This document shows positions 40,411-52,919 of a DNA stretch of 61,780 nucleotides, one piece after another. Position 1 is the stretch's first letter. Every line of letters starts with the position of its first letter. The translations under genes and the position numbers were made by a program. The notes beneath the pieces were generated by a model, which was given only the letters and a program-made list of their open reading frames with translations, had not been told where the DNA came from and ran no database searches. Source of the stretch: Octopus bimaculoides (lineage: Eukaryota); NCBI RefSeq assembly GCF_001194135.2, contig NC_068981.1, positions 152,324,104 to 152,385,883 of the forward strand. The letters are read 5' to 3'.

Positions 40411-40993
40411 ACAAATCACAACACTACACAAACACTCTCTCTCTATCTCTTTCTCTTTCTTTCTCTCTCTCCCACTTTCCCTCTCTCTCTATCTTTTTCT
40501 CTTTCTTTCTCTCTCTCCCACTTTCCCTCTCTCTCTCCCTCTATTTATCTATCTATCAATCACTTTCTCATGCAAGCATGGCAAAAAGTACACTAAAACA
40601 GGCAGTGATGATGACATAATGCTCTTTCTGTACTCATTCTCTACTGCCTCATACTCGTACCTTTCTTCCTTTCACTGACCTTATCTTCTCCCCTTCTCTG
40701 CCACTTTAACACCTTCCCGTCTCTGTCTCCCTGGCACCCCTCCAGCACCTACCTGACCCACTCATACTCTCCGGTATAAGGTGGAATAACACTGGATCCT
40801 TCTACTCAAACCATCATGTCACTTTTACCATTCTGTCTCACTCAGTCTGTGGACCTAAGCTCTACTGATATAAAGGAAGGTTTCATTGTAATGTAGATGA
40901 GGTGATTCTAAAATAAAATTCCACAAATGATTGTTATTTAATAGAAGAGTAAGAAATAAGAATTACAAAGAAAAATTTTAAAATCGATAGTAC

Positions 40994-41192
40994 CTCTCAA
41001 CGTTAACCATAATGTCGCCAATTATAGTACCCTCAGTATTGTGTGCCGTAACAGTATACTTTCCACGGTCTTTTTCTGTAGCTGCTGCTATCTCCAAGCT
41101 GTACTTATCATTTTTCTTTCTTAGAGTGAAATTATAGTTAGATCTGATAGGATTTCCATCTTTAAACCATTGTACGTCAGGCTCGGGATAAC
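40994..41192 (-). CDS. Exon B: C-half of an I-set Ig domain (GYPEPDVQWFKDG..DRGKYTVTAHNTEG)
   Basis: tgttaaag|GT acceptor, GAGAG|gtacta donor; 199 nt, phase 1-2; W-x-K-D-G and D-x-G-x-Y motifs. Confidence 0.92.
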
Positions 41193-41605
41193 CTTTAACA
41201 ATGAAACAATTAATTATTATAATTAACAATTTATTCAACATTCCTCATACATATCAGTTTTTTTATAGGATATGCAATGCATTATTATCATTAACAAAAT
41301 AATACTTCATTCAATTAAGTTTTCTACTTTAATCATAAAAATAAAACACTGGTACATAAAACAGAGATACCAAAACTTGACATAATATATATAATTTTTT
41401 ATATATACCAAAAATAATTTGTTAGAATAACATGATTTCATTTCTAAAAATGGACTTTCAAATATATATTGTTAAGTTATTTGATAGCAATTTGATAGCA
41501 ACTTGAGGAAATTATTTAATGGTTAATTTTAATTAATAAATTCATAATTTAACATTAATAAATTAATAAGACTCATTTTAGGTTTAGATCTAAAAATAAA
41601 TTTAC

Positions 41606-42142
41606 CTGTTACACAACATTCTAATGTCACTATCTTTTCTTCTTTAGTATAGACATCTTCACTGATGCTAATAATAGCAGGTGGACATCTTCCATCATCT
41701 TCTTCGGTAGCATTTCCATTTTCAAATATGATCTCTTCTTCTTCTTCAGGTTTATCAGGAGACATTTTTCTTTCAGATTCAGTTGCTTTTTTGGTTTTGA
41801 CAGGATTCATTTTCTGAGTACTGTCAGTCATATCAACTCGTGATGCTTCATCAAGATAAGACTTCCTTGACATCATTTCACTTACAGATTCCATGTGTTC
41901 AGAGTCAACAATATCATCAAGTGATATTCTTCTTCTGTCTGATTTCATAATTTCTTCATAAGAATAAACATCAACAGATTGGGATTTCATCATTTTGCTT
42001 GATTTTGAAGTTTGTACTTCTTGTTTTGACATACTAGATAATATACTTTTATATTTATCATCTTCATAACTTTCTCTTGTTTCAGCTTGCATTGCATCCA
42101 TAATATGAGTTGTGGAACGATCTTCCCCATTAAGCATATCAT
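41606..42142 (-). CDS. Giant Ig-repeat muscle protein, exon A: unique Ser/Met/Glu/Lys-rich segment plus N-half of an Ig domain (..CPPAIISISEDVYTKEEKIVTLECCVTG)
   Basis: Acceptor ttattgcag|AT at 42142, donor ACAG|gtaaat at 41606; 537 nt open, phase 1-1; splices in frame to the next exon to give CVTG-YPEPDVQWFKDG. Confidence 0.85.
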
Positions 42143-43857
42143 CTGCAATAACAAATAAATTAAAATATACGTACATATCAATTTTCCATAATTTTATATA
42201 TAAAATAATGACATATTTGATAAATTCTTAGACGTAACATACAGAGTGAAACTCCTAATTACATGTGAATGTATGTATGCATGCATGTAATATATTTAAG
42301 TATACATGTGTGCATGTCTGTTTGACTGCCTGTCTGTCTATCTGTGTGTGTGTGTGTGTGTGTGTGTGTTTATATATGTTTCTGTGTATGTGTGCTTGTA
42401 TGCATGTGTATGTACATACATACATACATACATACATACATACATACATACATACATACATGTGTACATATGGCCGGATGGATGGATGGATGGGTTTATT
42501 CCAAAATGTAAAATTACAGATGCTATATTTCTGGAGATAAATGTAAGAGATGCACTGGATAAAAACACAATCCTATTTTGCATTTGCTAACCTATCTCAT
42601 GCTCATGTTGACCTAGGATCTCAGAAACAGCTGTTTAATTAGTAATGAATGAAAGACATTAGAAAGCTGTACATGTTATGTAAGGTGTTAAAAGAGTGGT
42701 TGAGTGCTTGAAATTTTGATCTAACTTTCCTAACAAAATTCAGAATAGGAACTTGATACATATAGAAGAATCCAAGAATTACAAAAGAAGTTTGAAACAT
42801 AGAGGAATGAGCTTGAAAACAAACAGGGCTCTGATTTTCTGTTATAAAAAAAAAATCAAATTCTGTGAAATAAAAGGAGAGATGGTTTTTTTGGGTTTTT
42901 TTTTTTTTTGATATTTCAAGAAGCAGTAGTTTGTAATACATTTCATTCATGACACTATTGTGATAAAATTACATATGTCACCAGTAACATGCACATAAGG
43001 TTCAGAAAAACCATTGTAATTTACTGATCAACTTATATGAAATTAAAGGCAATAGATTGTAAGATCAAAAGTGAAACTTATTTCTGATTCAATTATATCA
43101 TAGATCAAGCAACAATAATTTCAAAATATGAAAATTCTATAAATAATTTTGTTCTCAAAACAATATGGTATACAGAAGATTCTTTATAGGCAGGGAAGAC
43201 TCTCTAGCTTTACTGTGAACACAATAACTTCTTTTGTACTGGTGGTGTGACAAAATGCATCTAGCATACTCTATAAAGTGGTTGGGAACAAGAAAACTAT
43301 CCAATTGTAGAAACCATACCAAAAAGTTACAATGTATAAGCGACATATAGTCACTGATCTGTCAAAGAGGGGAGTATATATATATATATATATGCGGGTG
43401 ACACGTAAAAGCACCCACTATACACTCTGAGTGGTTGGCGTTAGGAAGGGCATCCAGCTGTAGAAACTCTGCCAAATTAGATTGGAGCCTGGTGTTGNNN
43501 NNNNNNNATGCATATGTATATACATATATATATATATGTGTGTGTGTATATATATATTTTTTTTTTTTATTCAGTTTCAGCTGAATGCTGTGGCCATGCT
43601 AGGACAATGCCATTTGCAACACTGTTATTATTCAGAGCTTCCTCTGATATATGGCATTTGGTGAATACCGGAGATTGATGTCGCTGCCCTCATTTGTGCC
43701 TCCTGCTGCAAAGTAGGTTCATCTGGGACTTTCAACAGGAACAGATCCAGTTTTGATTTGAAAACACCTACATCTGCTAGTGTAAGTCCCTCAGGCTCCT
43801 TGGGAGAACATTAAAAAGCTATGGGCTTATATATATATAAGTATATATATATATATA

Positions 43858-44294
43858 TAAAATAAGCAACAGGATATCAAGTAGTGATGCAGTACGACCA
43901 TTTCAAGTGAATCCATTTAATTGAACAATGCAATTATTACATCATTTCTAATCCATTTATTACGTCATTTCTAATCCATTTATCTCTAATTAGAAATGAA
44001 TTACAATCTTTTACAATGCTATGACCCCAATGGGCTTCATGTGATTCTTGGAAGTGTAGTCTATTCTTTGCTACAATAGCAACAACATGAATTTCTTCCA
44101 TCTTCTTGCTCTGTTAAATCATTTGGGAAAAATTATATTAATGTGTCCTACTGGTTAAAATTCTATTTACTTATTTGTGAAGCTGAAGATGGCACTGCAT
44201 TTAAATTGATGTAATGATTGCATTGTTCAAATAAAAGAATGCCACTTGAAATGGTCGTACTGCATCACTACTTGATATCCTGTTGCTTATTTTG
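43858..44294. repeat. Inverted repeat with ~90-bp arms (first ~51 bp perfect); probable inverted Penelope pLTR remnant
   Basis: aaaataagcaacaggatatcaagtagtgatgcagtacgaccatttcaagtg at 43858-43909 is the reverse complement of 44243-44293. Confidence 0.7.
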
Positions 44295-44387
44295 ATTTTA
44301 TCCACCTTACTTCGAGCTGTGTGGATAATACTGGACTGACTTGGTGCTTCAACTTAAGTACCTAATTCAACTGAATCTCAACTATGT

Positions 44388-44442
44388 ACATACATATATA
44401 TATGCATATATATATATACATATATATATGTGTATATATATG

Positions 44443-44503
<61 letters not shown>

Positions 44504-44562
44504 CACATATATATATATACATATATCCATATACATATATACATATACATATATACATATAT
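44388..44562. repeat. (TA)n/(TACA)n compound microsatellite; the polyH/T/C/V/Y/I ORFs in the track derive from such repeats
   Basis: Directly visible. Confidence 0.95.
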
Positions 44563-44564
44563 AC

Positions 44565-46390
44565 AAGTGATAATAGCTGCTAGGAAGTCCTTTATTAGTT
44601 TTAATGATAAAGTATGGATACGTAAGGATACACCGAATGCTTTTGATGTTCCCATGGGTAGTTCTGACTCAGCACAAATAGCTGATATGGTGGGTTCTTT
44701 TATTCTTTATGAATTGGATGATCGATTTCCTATGATTAGGGGGGGAAGATCTATATAGGGATGATTGCCTTCTATATATTAGGAATAGCTCCAACCAACA
44801 ATTACAGAGAATTAAAGGTAGATTGGCTAGATTTTTTCGTAGAATGGGGATGAATATCATTTATGAAGACGATATTTCTTTAGCAAATTTCTTGGATGTG
44901 ACATTAGATATTAAAAATGAGACATATAGACCATATCATAAACCTTCCACTAACCTAAAATATATTAGTAAGTGGAGTAATCATCCTAGAAAAATTATCG
45001 ATAATTTAGTAAGAAATATTTCATTAAGACTTTCTAGATTATCTGTCAATGATAGGATTTTTTATAATGAAGCTCAATTATATAATTCGGCATTAAAAAG
45101 GGCAGGATACAAAGAGAAGGTTTACTATGTTGAACCTGATCATAACAACATTAACACAGATAAGAATAATAGGTATAAGAATAAGCTTAGAGAAAATAAG
45201 GAAAGTAAACCCAGAGATATTCATAAACGTAACATAGGTAATTAAAATTTTTTAAAGAATTATACTAATGACTGTGATAACACTAAAGATAATAATATAT
45301 GGTTCATAGTCCCTTTTGGTAGAAATGTTAAATCTAATTTGATTGCACAGTTTAGAGAGGTGATAAATAGATATTTCGCAAAGAATTCACACTATGGTAA
45401 AATTATTAATACACATAGCATTAGGTTTGGTTTCTCAAACACTAAGAACTTAGCCCAAATAATTGCAGTTCATAATTTTAAAATACTTAAAACAAAGGGA
45501 ATTGGGGAGGATAGTGATGAGAACCCTGATATGAATAATAATAATAATCGTACTATGATTACAGTAACAGAGGTGAACCCCAGAAGATTGAAGTTTGAAG
45601 GCCCAAATGTGAGAGTGAAGAATGTAGTTTATCAATGTAAGGTAAAGACTCAGGCAGATGTTAGCGTATACGTGGGTTGTTCTTCGGGACAAATCTATAA
45701 ACGAATATCTAACCATTATAGTACCTTTAGAGATAGAAGTAAAATAGCGAGTACTAGTCTTAGTAAATTCATTTGAGAACTGAAGGGACAAAAGAAGCAA
45801 TATTCGTTAGAATGGTCAAATATTGGGAGACATTTCCCTTATGAGAATGGTAAGAGATATTGCTCGCTGTGTAATCTAGAATTATTTTTTATATTATTCT
45901 CTAAGGGTAAGTTAATAAATAAATTCACATACAATGCTTTCAGATGTAGCCATTTTCTTAGACATACATTTTTCTGGTTTAAATAAATTATAAATTTCAG
46001 TATGATCGGGTATTATAATATAATATTAGGTTTAAAGACAGGGTATATTAATGTATAATTTACCACTAATAATAAAATTATATATTTGTGTTTATTTACT
46101 AAAGTTTCTAGAGATAATATAACATAGATTTCTATTAGTTTAGAATTTATTACCAGGAATCAATAATTTGTAATACTTGATTGTTTATAATTAATAATAT
46201 TATGAGGGTTTTCTCCCTCAGACGGACTTTTATTTAAGGAGGAATTTGAATATGAATCAGACTTAGAGATTATATTTTTGGTGTTTACTTTTTTACTTTT
46301 TACCCTGAGGATGTGTAAAGTAATTTACTTATTTAACTTGAATTGACAGTTAAATATAACCTTATACAGAAATGTTGACATAGGTAATAA
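44565..46390 (+). mobile_element. Penelope-like element: RT + GIY-YIG endonuclease, 5'-truncated, frameshifted
   Basis: [20 protein letters not shown] (frameshift near 44745), NFLDVTLD, YISKWSNHP, VVYQC..YVGCS, STSLSKFI, CSLC; hammerhead at 3' end. Confidence 0.9.
46300..46387 (+). ncRNA. Type I hammerhead ribozyme at the 3' end of a Penelope element
   Basis: CTGAGGA 46305-46311, stem II tgtgtaa/ttataca, GAAA 46369-46372, stem III ATGT-TG-ACAT, ATA triplet 46380-46382, stem I ttacc/ggtaa. Confidence 0.82.
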
Positions 46391-46967
46391 ACTTCAATAA
46401 TAATGGATATTAGCGTCAAAACTCTCATTTGAATTTTTGATATACAACCAAGAAGATCGATCCATAAGGAATCTACTATAGNNNNNNNNNNNNNNNNNNN
46501 NNNNNNNNNNNNNNNNNNNNNNNNNNNNNNNNNNNNNNNNNNNNNNNNNNNNNNNNNNNNNNNNNNNNNNNNNNNNNNNNNNNNNNNNNNNNNNNNNNNN
46601 NNNNNNNNNNNNNNNNNNNNNNNNNNNNNNNNNNNNNNNNNNNNNNNNNNNNNNNNNNNNNNNNNNNNNNNNNNNNNNNNNNNNNNNNNNNNNNNNNNNN
46701 NNNNNNNNNNNNNNNNNNNNNNNNNNNNNNNNNNNNNNNNNNNNNNNNNNNNNNNNNNNNNNNNNNNNNNNNNNNNNNNNNNNNNNNNNNNNNNNNNNNN
46801 NNNNNNNNNNNNNNNNNNNNNNNNNNNNNNNNNNNNNNNNNNNNNNNNNNNNNNNNNNNNNNNNNNNNNNNNNNNNNNNNNNNNNNNNNNNNNNNNNNNN
46901 NNNNNNNNNNNNNNNNNNNNNNNNNNNNNNNNNNNNNNNNNNNNNNNNNNNNNNNNNNNNNNNNNNN

Positions 46968-47030
<63 letters not shown>

Positions 47031-47193
47031 AGTGTCAAAGTTATAGGAAAGATCCAAAGAGATAATTACAAGGTAGCTAAATGTTGCTTAAGTGTCCTAT
47101 ATCTATAAAAATGTCTATTTGATGAGTGTCGTTTATTTCTTTCCTGGTGTGATTGACCATAATTCTTGACAGGCATCTAGCAGGCCATGCTAC

Positions 47194-47236
47194 TCCAGAC
47201 TGATGACGAGTAAAGACTCAGAAACTAGTCACTGGA
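47194..47236 (+). ncRNA. Minimal type I hammerhead ribozyme
   Basis: CTGATGA 47200-47206, stem II gagt-aaag-actc, GAAAC-TA-GTC, stem I tccag/ctgga; two junction-adjacent mismatches (C47207xA47220, A47199xA47231). Confidence 0.65.
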
Positions 47237-47669
47237 TGCAGGCTTAGCTGGGTGGTGGTGCTTGTCTCCCGCTTGTAAACATAAGAATACAGGAAATGTG
47301 TCAAGGCCAACAGGAAGCAGTGCTGCTTCCTAGGGCTAAATAGCAGTAGTATTATTCCCTTCATGGGACTGTCACATTAAGTTGACAGCATACAACTACT
47401 TCATTCTTTAAATTCTCTCATTATTGGATACTTTCCTTTTTTTCCTGCTATACAGAGCATAAACATACCAAATGATTAACAAATTGAATTTTAATAGACT
47501 TGCTCATTTTCCTAAGCCTTCATTTTTTCACTTATACCAACATATAACATGGGTCTTTTAATCATTCGGTTTGTTAATGTTTGTATTAAAAGAAAACTAG
47601 TAGATGACAAGTGAATTTAAAGATCAAAAGCATTCAATGAATAAACTATTTTAGTTTGTATATCTTTGA

Positions 47670-47784
47670 GTGAAGGTAAAGAATACGCACACCTGGTGTT
47701 TAGGGTTAGGGTTAGGGTTAGGGGTTAGGATTAGGGTTAGGTTTATGCCAAAAACGGGTGATCTGCGTATTCTTTACCTCCGCC
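47670..47784. mobile_element. MITE with ~20-bp TIRs, 9-bp target duplication and internal (TTAGGG)n
   Basis: aggtaaagaatacgca (47674-47689) and tgcgtattctttacct (47764-47779); direct repeat tatctttga at 47661-47669 and 47785-47793. Confidence 0.8.
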
Positions 47785-48429
47785 TATCTTTGATATTGTC
47801 ATGCCAGAGAAAATGCTTAGCAGCATTTACTCTAGCTCTTTACATTCAGGATTAAATTCTGCCAAAGTTGACTTTTCCTTTCATCCTAAAGGGATGGGGG
47901 GAAACTGGAAAGAAAGGGCATTGAGGTCAATGGCCAGGAGGGCCCTACCAGAAGAGGAAGAGGGAGTGATGAAGTGAGGGAAGTAGCACCAGAATGGTCC
48001 TCTTTTGTATTGTGCAGTCGCAGGGAATGGACATTAGGGAGATGAGTGAGGGCACACCACGAATTTAACCCAGCTAAACAGCCAACACTGAGAGGTGGGT
48101 GGACCATATTTTGTTCCTCACATTACAGTTCCCACATACCGCACATCATTTTGGGACCGATAAAATAATCACTAGTGGGGTATTGGGATTGATATAATTG
48201 ACTAGTACCTCCTACCAAATTTTAGTTCTTGTTCCTATAGTAGAAAGTATTATTATTTTTTGTAAGCACCTCACCCAACACACAAATTGCAACATGTCCT
48301 TGTGATTTCCTGTCATCTGATGTCCCTGTGCCAAATAAAAGAAATCATTATTATACTAGAGAACTAGGGTCGGTGTGATCCACTAGCCCTTCTTCCCAAA
48401 TTCCAGGTCTTGTGCCTTTAGCAGAAAGG

Positions 48430-48463
<34 letters not shown>

Positions 48464-48755
48464 CTACTACTACCACTACTATATTATCATTATTATTATT
48501 ATTATTATTGTTATTATTATTATTATTATTATTCAGGCGGTGAATCACTTGCATGCCGGACGAAATGCTTAGTGATATTTCACTCGTCGCTACGGGTTCA
48601 AATCCCGTCGAAGTCGACTTCACCTTACATCCTTTCGAAGTCGATAAATAAAAACTGGGGCCAATGTAATCAGCTAGCCTCCTCCCCAAAAATTGCAGGT
48701 CAGGTGTTTATTGTTGAAGGTATTATTATTATCATCATTATCACTATTATTATTA

Positions 48756-48810
<55 letters not shown>

Positions 48811-48829
48811 CTGCATTTTATCTCATCTT

Positions 48830-49790
48830 CCAACTGGATCTCAACCAAAGACCTAAGGCATATATATATTAGATGGAAAGCAACTTCCTGATAATGTGGT
48901 TGATGTCAGCACAGTTTTTGGAGTCTCAGAGATTGTCGGTTTCCCAGGGATCTGGTCAAAAAATGCGTTGCTACCTTTCTTGATCATTCCCAGGGCACCT
49001 ACAACAACAGGGATGGTTTTGGGTTTCAATTGCCACGTCCTAGATATCTCAATCTTGAGGTCCTTATATTTTGACAGTTTTTCAAATTCCTTTGCTGGGA
49101 TTATTCTATCAGTATGACTGTCATATCAATTAACAGGTATTTTTTTTTGTCTTAGGTCTTTGATGACGATGTCTGGCCTGATAGTATTTATTTGCCTGTC
49201 TATATGTATCCTATAATCTCATAGGTTGATAACATTCTCTCCTTCAGTGACTGCCTTTGGGTGGTTTTCATACCAGTTCATAGGGCATGGGATATCATAG
49301 TGATGGCATACACTCCAGTACAAGTATTGACCAACTCAATCATGCCTGGTTTTATATTCTGTAGGGGCAAGGACTGAGCATCCGGCAACAATATGGTAAA
49401 TACTCTCAAGTTTGTCAATATAAAGTCTACACTTTGTGTCTGCCTCATTGAGTGTGACATTAGCTTAATAGTTCCAAGTGAGGAGACCCTTATCTTGTGC
49501 CACTAGGATAAATCCTTCTGTTTCAGCCACTAATGAGTTCTTCTCATATCTACATCAGCTTCCTCGGCTCATTTGAGGTATTGCCCATGCAATGGCTTTT
49601 CTTGCCAAAGTCTTGATATCACCTTCAAATTTTCCTGATTGGCTTTTGTTTTACACTTTTTTGTTACCTTAGTTATCGTCATTCTAATCAGGGCGGTTAA
49701 GCTCTCGTCTGTATTTATATACCTCTTTTGAGATTGAGTACAGTTTCTTACTCTGTTCATGTTGCCATATCAGCTGTATCATTATTATCA
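48830..49790 (-). mobile_element. R4/Dong-like LINE 3' fragment
   Basis: KPLHGQYL, LVAETEGFILVAQD, RPDIVIKD, KYKDLKIEISRTWQL, VVVGALG. Confidence 0.8.
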
Positions 49791-50324
49791 TTACTATTAT
49801 TATTATTGAGTGAGAGAGTAGTGCATGTCATCAAAATGACACTGGGGTAAAATATCTGAAGCCGAGTATACCCATCATGACTACCCATCTAAGGGTACAC
49901 CAGGCATATGCATCATAATCATATGTGTGCAACATGGTAATCTCATATCAAGATAAACAGCACATGACCTTGCAGGTAGGGCCCAGTTAGAATTTCTTTC
50001 AGGTCAAGTAGCCTATCCCATTCAAAAGGTCCCTGAATAAGAGTTGTTTAAGGATGTTGAACGAAACACCCGTGTTTCCAGAGGTGAATTATTCAAACCC
50101 CCAGAGAATTCCTCTCAACGCATGTTCCCCCACTACAACTGCTCGTGATCAGAGATGTACATATCATCAACCACCAGGGGACATGCTCAACTGGTTATGG
50201 TTAAACAACTGACAAGCAAATCTGTGGTATTGAGCAGAATATTTACTGTAGCTCATCTTTTATATCAAGACAAAACATGTACATGATAACACTTCCAATC
50301 AGTTAAGATCAGAAGCATCAGAGC

Positions 50325-50431
<107 letters not shown>

Positions 50432-51123
50432 GGCAGTGAGCTGGCCGGATCATTAGCGCGCTAGATGAAATGCTTACAAGTATTTTGCCTGTTGGTACAT
50501 TCTAAGTTCAAATTCCGCCAAGGTTGACTTTATTTCATCCTTTCGGGGTTGATAAAATAAGTACCTGTTAAACACTGGGGTTGATGTAATCCACTCATCA
50601 CCTCCCCCAAAATTGCTGCCCTTGTGGCAAAATTTGAAACCATTATTATTATACTGCATTAGAGCTATTATTATTATTATTATTATTATTATCATCATCA
50701 TCATCATCATTAAGGCAGCGAGCTGGCTGAATCGTTAGCATGCTGGACGAAATGCTTAGTGGTACTTTGCCTTTCATCTTTTCGGGGCCAATAAATTAAG
50801 TACCATTTGAGTACTGGGGCTGATGTAACCTATTTAACCCCTTCCCCACCCCAAATTTCAGGCTTTGTGCCTATAATAGAAAGGATTATTATTATTATTA
50901 TCGTCATTAAGGCAGCAAGCTGGCAGAATCCTTAGCATGCTGGATGAAATGCTTAGCGGTATTTCACCCATTGCTATGTTCTGAGTTCAAATTCTGCCAA
51001 GGTTAACTTTGCCTTTCATCCTTTTGGGGTCAATAAATTAAGTACTAGTTACACATCGGAGTCGATGTAATTGACTGGCCCTCTTCCCACGAATTCCAGG
51101 CCTTATGCCTATAGTAGAAAGGA
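50432..51123 (+). mobile_element. Three head-to-tail SINE family 2 copies (50432, ~50713, ~50910)
   Basis: ggcag..gagctggc..aatcgttagca..gaaatgcttag..gagttcaaattc..ttgcctttcatcctttcgggg..ataaattaagtacc; (ATT)n tails. Confidence 0.85.
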
Positions 51124-51139
51124 TTATTATTGTCATTAT

Positions 51140-52880
51140 TATTTTGTTTTACTTCTCAGAACATTTGGTCTTGTTTGTTCTGGTAGATTCTGTGAGAGCG
51201 ATAGATTTTGGTAGATTCTGTCAATGGTATCACAAGATCTCATTCTGCCCTTCATAAGCTTTGATATTTGGTTGTTAATTATCGTGGGAGGCATTCAACA
51301 TCCAAGTATCAATCTCAAAATCCTCGCTGTCCCCAGCAGAGCAGTTTTTTGGGCTTGCTCCTCTCTCATGTCAATTCCGATTTCTTTGACATATTTCTCG
51401 AACTTGGTTGTTAGTGCTCCAAGTGCTCCTACAACTACTGGAGTGACAGACACTCTCCTCATAGTTCACATTCTTGCAATTTTGTCTTTTAGTGGTCTGT
51501 ACTTTTCAATCTTTTCTAGTTCTTTGTCACTTATGCATGCATCTCCAGGTATTGCAATATCTATGATCTTAGTTACTTTTTCCCTTTATCTGCCACAACA
51601 ATATCTGGTCTCCAAGCTTCGATAAGGTAGTCACATTAGATTGTAAAATCTTATGTTCTTTGTTCTCAGTGACTCCTTCTGGTTCATGTTCATACCATTT
51701 CCATGCTCTGTCCAGGTCATACATTTCACATAGTCTCCAGTGGACGAACTTAGCCACATTACCATGCCTCTTTTTGAAGTTGAAGTGCTTTTGATCCAGC
51801 TTGCTACACTCACTCACAATATGTGAGATTATTTCGTTTCTGCTGCCAAACATCCTGCAAAGTGGGATTTGCTATTCTTATCTATTTGGAACTTGGTGTA
51901 ATTAGTTCTCAGTGCTTGTTCTTGGGCACTGCATATCAATGCCTCAGGGCATCCTTTCAGATCACTTTTTCTTAGCCATCTCGGTGTTGATCTTGTCTTT
52001 TCTTTCGATTTATCTGAGGTATTGCCCATGCAGTAGTTTCATTTTCCAGTTGTTTACTCTTTCTTCTTCAACTTGTTTCCTAAATGTTTGTGGGTGCATC
52101 GCATTTTTGGTCGGTATTATATTGTTATTTCTAACAGAGGCAAGCAAGGATTCACTCTGCTGTTTGATGTACCAATCCAAACTGTTCTTTTCATTGACAA
52201 CACAGATTTTGCATTGTATGAGATCTCTCCCACCCATTTCTCATCACATACAGTCTGTCAGTATCGCTTTTAGGGTGTAGCTCCTTGTAAACTGTCATCA
52301 CTTTTCTAGTTTTCCTGTCCATTTCCTCGAGTCCGTTCTTTGCCCACCTAACAACACCTGCACCGTATCGCATTAAGAAAACAGCCCATGAGTTCAGTGC
52401 CCTGATTTTTTTTTTTCCATTGAGTCTGCTTACCATAATTAACTTGCTTCTTCTGTGATATTCTTGCCTAAAGCTTTCCTTCATTTCATTTTCCTTGATT
52501 TTGTCGTATTCTAAAATCCCCAGATATTTATACCCATTAGTCTCAATATCCTTCATTTTCTCACCATTGGGTACCTCTACAACATCAGATGACACTACTT
52601 TGCCTCTCTGTATTATAAGCATACCATACTTTTTTGTACCAAATTCCATTTCGATATTCTTACTGAATATCTACACTGTTGAAACTAGGCCATTTATTTC
52701 ACGTTCAGCTTTTTCAAAGACCTTTGAATCATCCATATATATCGGATGATTTAATTTTCCTCCACTTTTCAAGGTGTACCCTGATGTCACTTTCCATAGT
52801 ATCTGTGTGAGGGGCGTCATACAAATCACAAACAACAATGGTAATAGACTATCTCCTTGAAATATGTTTCTCTTGATGTT
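51140..52880 (-). mobile_element. R4/Dong-like LINE, RT to 3' end, multiply frameshifted
   Basis: IFQGDSLLPLLF, YMDD, YKYLG, NSWAVFLMRY, HPKSDTDRLY, LHGQYLR, ALICSAQEQALRTN, HIVSECSKL, HWRLC. Confidence 0.9.
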
Positions 52881-52919
52881 AACCATCATCATCATCATCA
52901 TCATCATCATCGTCATCAT

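Noticed and set aside
42639-42950. Possible extra phase-1 exon (ataacag|AA AAT CAG AGC..)
   Set aside because: Plausible acceptor but no fitting GT donor and no Ig features
47695-47740. TTAGGG run as a chromosome end or fusion scar
   Set aside because: Enclosed by TIRs and a 9-bp TSD, so it is part of a transposon
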